From a virus, in UHGV virus genome UHGV-0221239: a stretch of DNA of 32,462 bases; one strand, 5' to 3'. The translations under genes were made by a program, and so were the position numbers. Positions 25,144 to 31,923 of this stretch are shown piece after piece. The notes below the pieces were generated by a model. The model was given only the letters and a program-made list of their open reading frames with translations. It did no database searches and was not told where the DNA came from. How positions within the stretch are numbered: position 1 is the first letter of the stretch; each line of letters starts with the position of its first letter.

Positions 25144-25305
25144 TCTGATTACGAAAAAGATATGTTGCGGGAGGCGTTGCCTCCCCAACATATAAGTGGC
25201 TCCCTCAAGCCACTTCCTTTAGAAGCACAACCTTGCTTCTAACTATATAAACCTTCTGTTATATATTACCCTTTATTTTTGGGGGCGTCTCAACGCCCCA
25301 TTTTT
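25144..25305 (+). ncRNA. ipeX: Structured 3' UTR of the porin gene, candidate IpeX-like sRNA
   Basis: Roughly 160 nt between the porin stop and its terminator contain three consecutive stem-loops (atatgttgcgggagg.../aagtggct...agccactt/agaagca...tgcttct). IpeX is described as lying between the nmpC stop and its terminator; identity not verified by alignment. Confidence 0.4.
25281..25305 (+). terminator. Rho-independent terminator of the porin transcript
   Basis: ggggcg-tctcaa-cgcccc hairpin followed by ATTTTT. Confidence 0.7.
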
Positions 25306-25332
25306 AATAATTTTTAGTAAACAATTGGCATA

Positions 25333-25707
25333 TTAATTAGAGTTATTAACAACGATATCCATCTCTAACCGGATATCTAATGCCATTAACATCCCTTCAA
25401 TTATGCCCTCAGCCTTCTGTAACCTTTTCCCGATATAACCATCAGAGCAGCAATGCTTACCTGCCAGTGACATGAATGTCATACCGACTACATAATAATC
25501 TACTAATAAATCGTGCAAATCGCTGTTGTTCTTTTTCAGACGGGCCATGCACCCGCAAATGATCATCGCGTCATCGTCACAACATTGCGGGCGAGATTTT
25601 ACTTTTGAAGGAATTAATCCCTTAAACCAGACCGCTGATTTTGAAGATAATGACTTCAGCGGCAAACGCTCCCTGATGGAGTCTGTCGAAGCGAAGATCA
25701 AAGACAT
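25333..25707 (-). CDS. Q-like late antiterminator (QuuD-like), 124 aa from the first ATG; its first 28 codons lie inside an inverted-repeat copy
   Basis: C-terminal ...[83 protein letters not shown] with Cys clusters; position between the early genes and the porin/lysis block as for quuD. No Shine-Dalgarno precedes the ATG in this orientation. Confidence 0.5.
   Translation of the reverse strand: MSLIFASTDSIRERLPLKSLSSKSAVWFKGLIPSKVKSRPQCCDDDAMIICGCMARLKKNNSDLHDLLVDYYVVGMTFMSLAGKHCCSDGYIGKRLQKAEGIIEGMLMALDIRLEMDIVVNNSN
25624..25697. repeat. Inverted repeat, copy 1 (74 bp perfect; 87 bp with 2 mismatches), partner at 26075-26148
   Basis: The plus-strand sequence aaaccagaccgctgattttgaagataatgacttcagcggcaaacgctccctgatggagtctgtcgaagcgaaga is the exact reverse complement of 26075-26148. 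Confidence 0.9.
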
Positions 25708-25933
25708 TATGCCAGTGACATTTGAATTTAAATGCGTTCCGTTTGAAGGTCTGAAAGAACGTCCGTTTAAATTACGCCTCAGCATTATCACTGGCGATCG
25801 TCCTGTACTTGTTCTGCGCATTATTCAGCTGGAGGCGGTGCAGGAAGAAATGGCTAACGAATTTCGCGATCTGCTTGTTGAGAAATTCAAAGACAGCAAA
25901 GTAGAAACCTTTATTGGTACTTTCACCGCCTGA
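25624..25933 (+). pseudogene. Displaced 3' portion of the yfdQ-like gene (repeat-encoded residues plus 74 C-terminal codons), inverted relative to its 5' part
   Basis: Plus-strand frame reads [28 protein letters not shown] then [74 protein letters not shown]; the same [24 protein letters not shown] segment ends the minus-strand gene at 26016-26663. Confidence 0.6.
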
Positions 25934-25945
25934 TTTGATTACTGC

Positions 25946-25966
25946 AAATGCCCCTGCGGGGGCATT
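25946..25966 (+). terminator. Terminator-like hairpin after the displaced yfdQ-like 3' end
   Basis: aaatgcccc-tgc-ggggcattt perfect 9-bp stem 13 nt after the stop codon; followed by a GGAG-6nt-ATGATG start context at 26052-26067. Confidence 0.4.
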
Positions 25967-26015
25967 TATGGAAACGTAATTAACTCAATAATCTCCGGAT
26001 GGTGAGGGCTTCCTT

Positions 26016-26663
26016 TTACCAGAATTCAGTGCGGTGCAGCGCAAATAACGTGGAGAACAAAATGATGTCTTTGGTCTTCGCTTCGACAGACTCCATCAGG
26101 GAGCGTTTGCCGCTGAAGTCATTATCTTCAAAATCAGCGGTCTGGTTTGCTTCAATCGTGATTTTACGGACAGCCGCAGCCGCTTTTGTTGCCTGGATAG
26201 CGTCACCATTAGCATCAAAACCCACAAGGTAGTCGGCCCAGTCTTCAATCCATTCTGCCAGTGACTTCTGGGAGTTACGCTCGCTGTTAACAGACAACAG
26301 TGCAGAGAACGGTGCTGTCTTTTTCAGTTTGAGAGTGGCGGTGTTATCTGCGTGACCTGGTTCATCAATAGTACCCAGGTTAAGCACACTGACGGCACGC
26401 ATATTATCAGCATCGATAAAGCAGCGGGTGCCTTCATCTGCAAGATCTTTAGAATAACGGGTAAAGTCATCGATGCTGGCAGTGGAAAGCGCACCACGGA
26501 AACGGAAGCGATTTAAATTAAATTTTTCCAGATCATGAATGCGGAAATTCTCAGGCAATGCTACAGCATCGGCACCAATCTTACTGATAATTTCATTAAC
26601 ACCCTGAGCAGAAATAATAGCATGGATTTGATTAATTGCGGTTGCGTCTAAGTTCTGAGACAT
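26016..26663 (-). pseudogene. yfdQ-like (DUF2303-like) phage gene, 5' part; reading frame leaves the family-like sequence after the inverted repeat and stops 15 codons later
   Basis: [51 protein letters not shown]... with GAGGA Shine-Dalgarno; after ...SVEAKTKDI it reads [15 protein letters not shown], while the plausible continuation is on the other strand at 25698-25933. Confidence 0.6.
26075..26148. repeat. Inverted repeat, copy 2 (partner of 25624-25697)
   Basis: Exact reverse complement of 25624-25697; coordinates cross-checked against the codon positions of both ORFs. Confidence 0.9.
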
Positions 26664-26728
26664 AATAAGTCCTCACTATATAAAGATATTCAGTGATGAG
26701 ATAAATAATCAGTTAATTAAGAACGATA

Positions 26729-27091
26729 TTAATGACCTGCTGCGCGGAGTTTTCCGTCAGGTTCACCGGCAAGAGTCAGTAATTGTCCCTGGTCTTCCTG
26801 CAGAATAGTCAGGCGACCACCGCGATTGACATACATCGGCGTTTCGGTGGTGTCTTCTTCAGAAATTTTCCCGCGGTTAGTCGGGCGAACATATGAGAGT
26901 TTGTGTTTGATTTTCACTCGGTTCTCATCAAATGGTTCGATTTCCAGGTTGAGTGAGACCTTACCTTTGGTTTTCGTGTTCATCACACCGGAAGCGACTT
27001 CACTGAGAACTGCGCCGATTTTGGTTTCAAATACGCCGCCGTCCAGCTCCCCGATAAATGCCTGCACATCAGTACTGCGTTCGCTAGCCAT
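26729..27091 (-). CDS. Hypothetical phage protein, 120 aa (YfdP-like)
   Basis: Start refined to MASERSTDVQAFIGELDGGVFETKIGAVLSEVASGVMNTK... with GAGGAG 8 nt upstream; the track ORF extends 106 codons further upstream into non-coding-looking sequence. Confidence 0.7.
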   Translation of the reverse strand: MASERSTDVQAFIGELDGGVFETKIGAVLSEVASGVMNTKTKGKVSLNLEIEPFDENRVKIKHKLSYVRPTNRGKISEEDTTETPMYVNRGGRLTILQEDQGQLLTLAGEPDGKLRAAGH

Positions 27092-27139
27092 TTTGCTGCT
27101 CCTCATCATATCGACCCTGCAAGGCCGATTAGTTTCTCC

Positions 27140-27272
27140 ACAAAACAGAGAAGAACACCTGCGGTGGCAGCCGCCCGGATGGATTGAGTTATGAGCCCGT
27201 CGTCCGGTGATGCTCTTCTCTGTTTTGTAAAAAGGACGGTACCAGCCGGAAGCAAGGGTACAAGCTGGTACC
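27140..27272. other. Structured GC-rich non-coding region: 15-bp inverted repeat (27140-27154 / 27214-27228, 59-nt spacer) plus a 9-bp-stem hairpin (27238-27272)
   Basis: caaaacagagaaga ... tcttctctgttttg, and ggtaccagc-N17-gctggtacc; the hairpin loop carries gggtacaag, resembling the operator half-site GGTACAAG found at 29110-29117. Confidence 0.5.
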
Positions 27273-27492
27273 GCCAAGACTACACACAGCATAAAGTTGT
27301 GGTGCCGGGTGCCTCCCGGTGCCTGGCGAAGGTTGCACACCAGGCGGGTGGGTATCCACAGAAGGTCGACTGTCAGCCTCAACCTTAACCCGCGTGCGCT
27401 GAGCAGCATTCACCACAACGCTAAGGATTCTCTCTGGTTGAAAATACTTAGCTGTTATGTGCCTGCTTTTAGCCACATCAGGCGAGGTGGAC

Positions 27493-27544
27493 CTGGTTAT
27501 TCCCCAACAACAAGGATTCGGTTAATCTGGTTATCCCCAACAAC
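27493..27544 (+). promoter_or_regulatory. Two direct repeats (CTGGTTAT(T)CCCCAACAAC) 34 bp apart, 15-65 bp upstream of the 144-aa gene
   Basis: 27493-27512 ctggttattccccaacaaca and 27527-27544 ctggttatccccaacaac; followed by AAGGA and ATG at 27560. Confidence 0.5.
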
Positions 27545-27559
27545 GCAAAAGGAAAAGAA

Positions 27560-27994
27560 ATGTCCGGTAATATCTACACGTTGTACAAATCCCACTGTGA
27601 AAATGTTGGAAAGTATCGGGGCATTGAAATCAGTGGGGTAGTGTCATCAGTCGAAATAAGCAAAGTGGAATCAAGGGCAACATTACTTACTCTTCTGGAT
27701 CTTGTCTTACATGAGCACCGGAAGAAATTCGGCACTCCCTATAATCAGTTGAATGGGAAAAAGGCTCTGGTTCACCTTATTCTGATGAAGCATCACTGGA
27801 TGCCAAAACAGATTAATGAGATGAAATTTGATGAACTTCTTCTTTCAATTCAGGATGAACTCACACTTGATAAAATAAGCGTAACCGCCCAGAAATTTTT
27901 AGATTATCGAGACTGGAGATCACAAATTCATCACTTTGATGATTTTGACGAAAATGAATGGGATCCTAATTTGTCTGCACAATATCTAAAGTAA
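27560..27994 (+). CDS. Hypothetical protein, 144 aa, no family recognised
   Basis: ORF MSGNIYTLYKSHCENVGKYRGIEISGVVSSVEISKVESRATLLTLLDLVL... with AAGGA Shine-Dalgarno at -6; AT-rich codon usage; 3' end overlaps the convergent 68-aa gene by about 29 bp. Confidence 0.65.
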   Translation: MSGNIYTLYKSHCENVGKYRGIEISGVVSSVEISKVESRATLLTLLDLVLHEHRKKFGTPYNQLNGKKALVHLILMKHHWMPKQINEMKFDELLLSIQDELTLDKISVTAQKFLDYRDWRSQIHHFDDFDENEWDPNLSAQYLK

Positions 27995-28172
27995 CATCCT
28001 GTGATAAAACCGTGATTTCCTGATCCAGTTTTTTTAAGGAGTCTATTGTTTCCTGTCGATAAGACAGCACTTCACGAAGCTGGTTTATAGCTGCCAGCTT
28101 CTTTGCCATCCACTCGTAAATTTCCTCATTTGTGTATCCGGGCGCGACGATTTTGGGTTCTGTTTTGTGCAT
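27966..28172 (-). CDS. Small hypothetical coiled-coil protein, 68 aa, downstream of the repressor gene
   Basis: Refined start MHKTEPKIVAPGYTNEEIYEWMAKKLAAINQLREVLSYRQETIDSLKKLDQEI... with GGAGG 8 nt upstream (the track ORF begins at a TTG 5 codons earlier). Confidence 0.6.
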   Translation of the reverse strand: MHKTEPKIVAPGYTNEEIYEWMAKKLAAINQLREVLSYRQETIDSLKKLDQEITVLSQDVTLDIVQTN

Positions 28173-28406
28173 TTCACACCTCCTCAAGTTATCAGTTACT
28201 TGTTGATGGGGACCAGATTGTTAAAGAGCTAAGCGTCCTGTAGGGCGCTTTTTTGTTGCTAACGAATCATCCTGGACTTCATATGCCCCAGGCGGCTACT
28301 TCGTGGGCGTCCTGCCTGTTTGTTGTTTCTCTTAGGTACATTATGTATCTCAAGGGTACATTGTCAAGTATAAAAAAACCTGCCGAAGCAGGTTCATAAA
28401 CATTGA

Positions 28407-29081
28407 TTAGGCTTTGATTTTGTATCTTCTTGGTTTTCCTGAGAAAATCACAGTTCCAATTATAGAGCAATTACCGTTGATCTTAATGTAAGGCTCAGGC
28501 CAGTTTGGGTTTAACGCTTTGAGATAACGCTGTGTCCCATCTTCTATCAACCTTTTGAAGGTGGTTTCACCTGTATCGTGCATCAATGCAATAACGTCGT
28601 CACCGTGGCAGGCAGGTACTTCAGGATCGACAAAAATCATGTCTCCCGGGCGGTACTCATCAATCATTGAATCACCTATCACCCGCAAGATATAAGTCAT
28701 TTCCCCACAGGGTACAGGGCAGGGATACGTTTCTGCTGTGCTCAAATCAACCTCAGAATATCCAACTTCTTTCCATGCTCCGGCCTGTACCCATGATATG
28801 ACAGGGACTAATGTGATTTGTTTATTAGTGATTGAAAAATCAGGTTTTTTTGTGATGTTCGTTGTCTGGTGTTCTTGATCGAGCCATCCGACAGGCAGGT
28901 CGAAACATTTTTCGATGTGTCGTGCCATGTTGTCACCGATATTTTTAGTAGCACCATCTCCCATAAACCTGCTGGTCTGGGTTGGCTCGCGATCAATCAT
29001 AGTGGCAAAGGAAGAATTCCCGCCAACACCATCTCTCAGTTTTCTGGCGTTAGACCGCCGGATGTCATGGATTGTTTTCAT
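28407..29081 (-). CDS. cI: CI-like prophage repressor with C-terminal S24 (LexA-like) peptidase domain, 224 aa
   Basis: ORF MKTIHDIRRSNARKLRDGVGG... with N-terminal HTH and C-terminal ...VISWVQAGAW...LRVIGDSMIDEYRPGDMIFVDPE...GDDVIAL...TTFKRL... autocleavage-domain pattern; divergent from a Cro-like gene across palindromic operators. Confidence 0.85.
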   Translation of the reverse strand: MKTIHDIRRSNARKLRDGVGGNSSFATMIDREPTQTSRFMGDGATKNIGDNMARHIEKCFDLPVGWLDQEHQTTNITKKPDFSITNKQITLVPVISWVQAGAWKEVGYSEVDLSTAETYPCPVPCGEMTYILRVIGDSMIDEYRPGDMIFVDPEVPACHGDDVIALMHDTGETTFKRLIEDGTQRYLKALNPNWPEPYIKINGNCSIIGTVIFSGKPRRYKIKA

Positions 29082-29096
29082 AACGAAATTAAAACC

Positions 29097-29117
29097 CTTG
29101 TACCGTTAAGGTACAAG
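29097..29117. promoter_or_regulatory. Operator palindrome on the repressor-promoter side (CTTGTACC-GTTAA-GGTACAAG)
   Basis: Perfect 8-bp half-sites with TGTAC-N7-GTACA spacing, 16 bp upstream of the cI start codon. Confidence 0.6.
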
Positions 29118-29145
29118 TATCTTGAAGGTTCATTTCAATCATGTA

Positions 29146-29168
29146 ATATGTACACCGGAGGTACATAT
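29146..29168. promoter_or_regulatory. Operator palindrome on the cro-promoter side (ATATGTAC-ACCGGAG-GTACATAT), overlapping a candidate -10
   Basis: Same TGTAC-N7-GTACA geometry; candidate promoter TTGAAG (29122-29127), 16-nt spacer, TAATAT (29144-29149) reading toward cro. Confidence 0.6.
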
Positions 29169-29171
29169 TGT

Positions 29172-29372
29172 ATGAAAGCGTATTGGGACTCTTTAACCAA
29201 AGAACAGCAGGGCGAGTTGGCCGGAAAAGTTGGCTCAACACCTGGCTACTTACGGCTGGTTTTCAATGGCTATAAAAAAGCCAGTTTTGTGCTGGCTAAA
29301 AAACTTGAGCAATGCACGTCAGGTGCAATTACGAAATCTGACTTAAGACCGGATATCTATCCGAAAGATTAG
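29172..29372 (+). CDS. cro: Cro-like small DNA-binding protein, 66 aa
   Basis: Refined [69 protein letters not shown], divergent from cI, GGAGG upstream. The track ORF 28869-29372 begins far upstream inside the operator region. Confidence 0.7.
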
Positions 29373-29508
29373 CAGAACACTTTCAATTTTTAACCACAGA
29401 ACGATGAGGCTAATCGTGGGTATCTGGGGCGACACCGTTGTTGAGTGTGTGCTTAACAAACTCTGCCCGTCGCATACCTACGTAATTTTTAAATATCCGG
29501 AGTAATCC

Positions 29509-30021
29509 ATGCATCGTATAGACACGAAAACCGCGCAGAAGGATAAGTTCGGCGCGGGTAAGAACGGTTTTACCCGTGGTAACCCCCAGACCGGCACACC
29601 TGCCACCGATCTGGATGATGACTACTTTGACATGTTGCAGGAGGAGCTTTGCAGCGTGGTGGAGGCATCCGGTGCCAGCCTGGAGAAGGGGCGGCACGAC
29701 CAGTTGCTTACCGCGCTTCGTGCGCTGCTGTTAAGCCGCAAGAATCCGTTTGGCGATATCAAATCGGATGGCACGGTGAAAACGGCTCTCGAAAACCTTG
29801 GTTTGGGAGAAGGTTCTGCATTACCTGTTGGGGTGCCTGTTCCGTGGCCTTCAGCCACTCCGCCAACAGGCTGGCTGAAATGCAACGGTGCGCCTTTTTC
29901 TGCCGAAGAGTATCCGGAACTGGCAAAAGTTTACCTGACAAATAAATTGCCTGATTTACGCGGTGAGTTAATTATAAACGGTTATGTCTCCAGCTTTTAT
30001 GGCAATGAGTTCGTTATTTAA
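29509..30021 (+). pseudogene. Tail-fibre gene, constant N-terminal part (about 153 codons), terminated 17 codons after the constant/variable junction in this orientation
   Basis: [77 protein letters not shown]...[44 protein letters not shown] then [17 protein letters not shown]; the PWPS...LPDLRGE block resembles the Stf constant/variable junction; GGAG at -7. Confidence 0.7.
29938..29969. repeat. Inverted repeat alpha, copy 1 (32 bp, encodes [10 protein letters not shown] at the tail-fibre junction); partner at 30325-30356
   Basis: acaaataaattgcctgatttacgcggtgagtt is the exact reverse complement of 30325-30356. Confidence 0.9.
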
Positions 30022-30041
30022 GACAACTTTATTCATCAGGC
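29969..30041. repeat. Inverted repeat beta, copy 1 (73 bp; its reverse complement encodes the tfa start [22 protein letters not shown] and the stop of the variable fibre segment); partner at 30357-30429
   Basis: taattataaacggttatgtctccagcttttatggcaatgagttcgttatttaagacaactttattcatcaggc is the exact reverse complement of 30357-30429. Confidence 0.9.
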
Positions 30042-30326
30042 AGCCCTCACGATATAATTAAAGGCAATGTTACGAGGTCGGTTTTCGTTTGCAGTTGGAA
30101 CAACTCTGGAAGCATCGAATGTTACTCGCTTTGCATAACCACCTTTAATTGAATCCGATGAAGCATCTCCGATGACGCTGGTTGTAAAAACGCCAGAATC
30201 AGAAGGATAGGTATTGAACCTGACATCCACTAATGCACCAATTATATTTCGAATGGCATCGCCCTGTGATGAAAGCAAGCTACGGCTAGTATCTATTCCT
30301 CTTCCGTCATCCCAGCCACGAATAAA
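30036..30326 (-). pseudogene. Variable C-terminal tail-fibre segment (about 96 codons), on the opposite strand from its constant part
   Basis: Minus-strand reading continues in frame from alpha copy 2: (LPDLRGE)FIRGWDDGRGIDTSRSLLSSQGDAIRNIIGALVDV...NRPRNIAFNYIVRAA*, a typical tail-fibre C-terminus (lambda Stf ends ...NIAFNYIVRLA as I recall); no ATG of its own (TTG inside alpha in the track). Confidence 0.65.
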
Positions 30327-30356
30327 CTCACCGCGTAAATCAGGCAATTTATTTGT
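30325..30356. repeat. Inverted repeat alpha, copy 2
   Basis: Reverse complement of 29938-29969; a one-base difference immediately outside (29970 / 30324). Confidence 0.9.
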
Positions 30357-30429
30357 GCCTGATGAATAAAGTTGTCTTAAATAACGAACTCATTGCCATA
30401 AAAGCTGGAGACATAACCGTTTATAATTA
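30357..30429. repeat. Inverted repeat beta, copy 2 (contains the tfa start codon at 30362)
   Basis: Reverse complement of 29969-30041. Confidence 0.9.
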
Positions 30430-30970
30430 TAATGGTGAAACGCGGGAATATATTTCCACATCAACAGAATATCTTGCCATTGGTGTAGGCATTCCGGCAT
30501 GTTCCTGTTTAGATGCTCCAGACTCATACAAAACTGGTTATGCAATTTGCCGTTCTGAAGATTTTAACTCATGGGTATATGTGCCAGACCATCGTGGTGA
30601 AATTGTCTATAGCACTGAAACAGGAGAATCAAAAGAAATCACAGCTCCGGGTGATTACCCTGATAATACAACCACTATCGCCCCGTTAACGCCATACGAT
30701 AAATGGGATGGTGAGAAATGGGTGACGGATACCGTGGCACAGCATAGCGCCGCAGTAGATGCAGCAGAAGCACAGCGCCAGTCGCTGATTGATACTGCAA
30801 TGGCCTCCATCAGTCTGATTCAACTGAAATTACAGGCCGGACGGAATCTGACGCAGTCAGAAACCAGCCGACTTAACACGGTGCTGGATTACATTGACGC
30901 GGTAACGGCAACAGATACCAGCACCGCGCCGGATGTCATCTGGCCTGAACTGCCGGAGACTGCGCAATAA
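30362..30970 (+). CDS. tfa: Tail fibre assembly protein (Tfa/U family), 202 aa
   Basis: [33 protein letters not shown]... with C-terminus ...LNTVLDYIDAVTATDTSTAPDVIWPELPETAQ, resembling the conserved Tfa C-terminus (lambda Tfa ...RVDTSTAPDIEWP); the start overlaps the stop of the variable fibre segment (TGATG) when that segment is read from the beta repeat. Confidence 0.8.
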   Translation: MNKVVLNNELIAIKAGDITVYNYNGETREYISTSTEYLAIGVGIPACSCLDAPDSYKTGYAICRSEDFNSWVYVPDHRGEIVYSTETGESKEITAPGDYPDNTTTIAPLTPYDKWDGEKWVTDTVAQHSAAVDAAEAQRQSLIDTAMASISLIQLKLQAGRNLTQSETSRLNTVLDYIDAVTATDTSTAPDVIWPELPETAQ

Positions 30971-31139
30971 ACTCACCATCAATATATAAATCCCCCTGCT
31001 GTGTGTCAGCAGGGCATTCTTTCCATATTAATGATGGATGGAATCTTCCTTCAGGATTAATTTCCGTTATCTCTTCTACTTTATTTTCTTCAATTCTTGC
31101 CCACATATGAACCTCACCAGTAAATATAAACTGCGCCAT
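30936..31139 (-). CDS. Possible second, truncated tail-fibre assembly gene (67 aa), convergent with and overlapping tfa
   Basis: Internal start MAQFIFTGEVHMWARIEENKVEEITEINPEGRFHPSLIWKECPAD... sits 26 nt before the stop of the glycine-rich gene, the usual stf-tfa coupling; weak similarity only. Confidence 0.35.
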   Translation of the reverse strand: MAQFIFTGEVHMWARIEENKVEEITEINPEGRFHPSLIWKECPADTQQGDLYIDGEFIAQSPAVQAR

Positions 31140-31788
31140 CTGCTCCGGCACCCGACTGACCCGTTGATGAATTAGGACATAATCCAGCACCGCCACCTCC
31201 AGGCCCAACTGCTGATACCGCTTTTCCGTTAGCTGTATCTCTGAATGAACCTGCTCCTCCGGGGCCACCACCAGAACCACCATTACCAGCTCCCGATGCG
31301 GCAGACGCAATGGAACCTGGAGAACCTGGCCCAAGCGATGTATTAATTGTTCCCCCAACACCAACTGCGCCTAACCCTCCGGAAGGCTGGCCTCCGCTAT
31401 AGCCTCCGGAAGCTGACATGTAAGTCCCGAAACTGCTCGAGCCACCATTTTTACCGTTTACAGAAATACCAGACACAGGCGCACCACCGGCACCAACCGT
31501 AATCGAAACACTGTTAATACCAGTTAAATCTACCAGTCCCTCAGCAACTCCGCCCCCACCACCTCCTCCGCCACATGTAACGGCTGAAGCGGTTATTGAA
31601 CCTATCCCTCCTGACGCACCGCCACCAATAACTTTGACGTAACATTTTCTTCCTTTGCGCAACTCTTCAGGAACAGTCCAGCTTGTTACTCCAGCCGTTG
31701 TGAAGGCAACCAGATTTCTGAACCCAAATGAGCCTTCTCCCAAACCAACGTTTATGAAAATGCAGAAATAACGAGCAAATGGCATCAT
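31114..31788 (-). CDS. Glycine-rich putative tail-fibre / receptor-binding protein, 224 aa
   Basis: ORF MMPFARYFCIFINVGLGEGSFGFRNLVAFTTAGVTSWTVPEELRKGRKCYVKVIGGGASGG... with long Gly/Ser/Ala-rich tracts; divergent from the invertase start 27 bp away, as stfE is to pinE in e14. Confidence 0.55.
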   Translation of the reverse strand: MMPFARYFCIFINVGLGEGSFGFRNLVAFTTAGVTSWTVPEELRKGRKCYVKVIGGGASGGIGSITASAVTCGGGGGGGGVAEGLVDLTGINSVSITVGAGGAPVSGISVNGKNGGSSSFGTYMSASGGYSGGQPSGGLGAVGVGGTINTSLGPGSPGSIASAASGAGNGGSGGGPGGAGSFRDTANGKAVSAVGPGGGGAGLCPNSSTGQSGAGADGAVYIYW

Positions 31789-31815
31789 TCCTGCTTTTAC
31801 TTGGGGGGATTTAAC

Positions 31816-31923
31816 ATGCTTATTAGCTATGTACGCGTATCAATAAATGACCAGAACACAGATCTACAACGTAATGCGTTGAACTGTGCAGGATGCGAGC
31901 TGATTTTTGAAGACAAAATCTAA
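31816..31923 (+). pseudogene. pin: DNA invertase (Gin/Pin/Hin serine recombinase family), first 35 codons only
   Basis: [35 protein letters not shown] matches the invertase N-terminus (Gin: [34 protein letters not shown]..., from memory), including the catalytic Ser region; a stop follows directly after the inverted repeat. Confidence 0.75.
31835..31916. repeat. Inverted repeat gamma, copy 1 (82 bp perfect; invertase codons 7-34); partner at 32245-32326
   Basis: gcgtatcaataaatgaccagaacacagatctacaacgtaatgcgttgaactgtgcaggatgcgagctgatttttgaagacaa is the exact reverse complement of 32245-32326. Confidence 0.9.

Noticed and set aside
25526-25933. 135-aa plus-strand ORF taken as a single gene
   Set aside because: Its first 33 codons are antisense to the Q-like gene and look like noise; only the portion from the inverted repeat onward (25624-25933) looks like real coding sequence, so it is reported as a displaced gene fragment.
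25999-26232. 77-aa plus-strand ORF
   Set aside because: It is the translation of inverted-repeat copy 2 and flanking DNA in the frame that would become the Q N-terminus after inversion; not an independent gene in the present orientation.
27100-27480. Possible tRNA, retron msr/msd or other known structured RNA in the GC-rich hairpin region
   Set aside because: No T-loop (GTTCRANYC) or acceptor-stem arrangement found on either strand, and no reverse-transcriptase gene nearby; kept only as an unexplained structured region.
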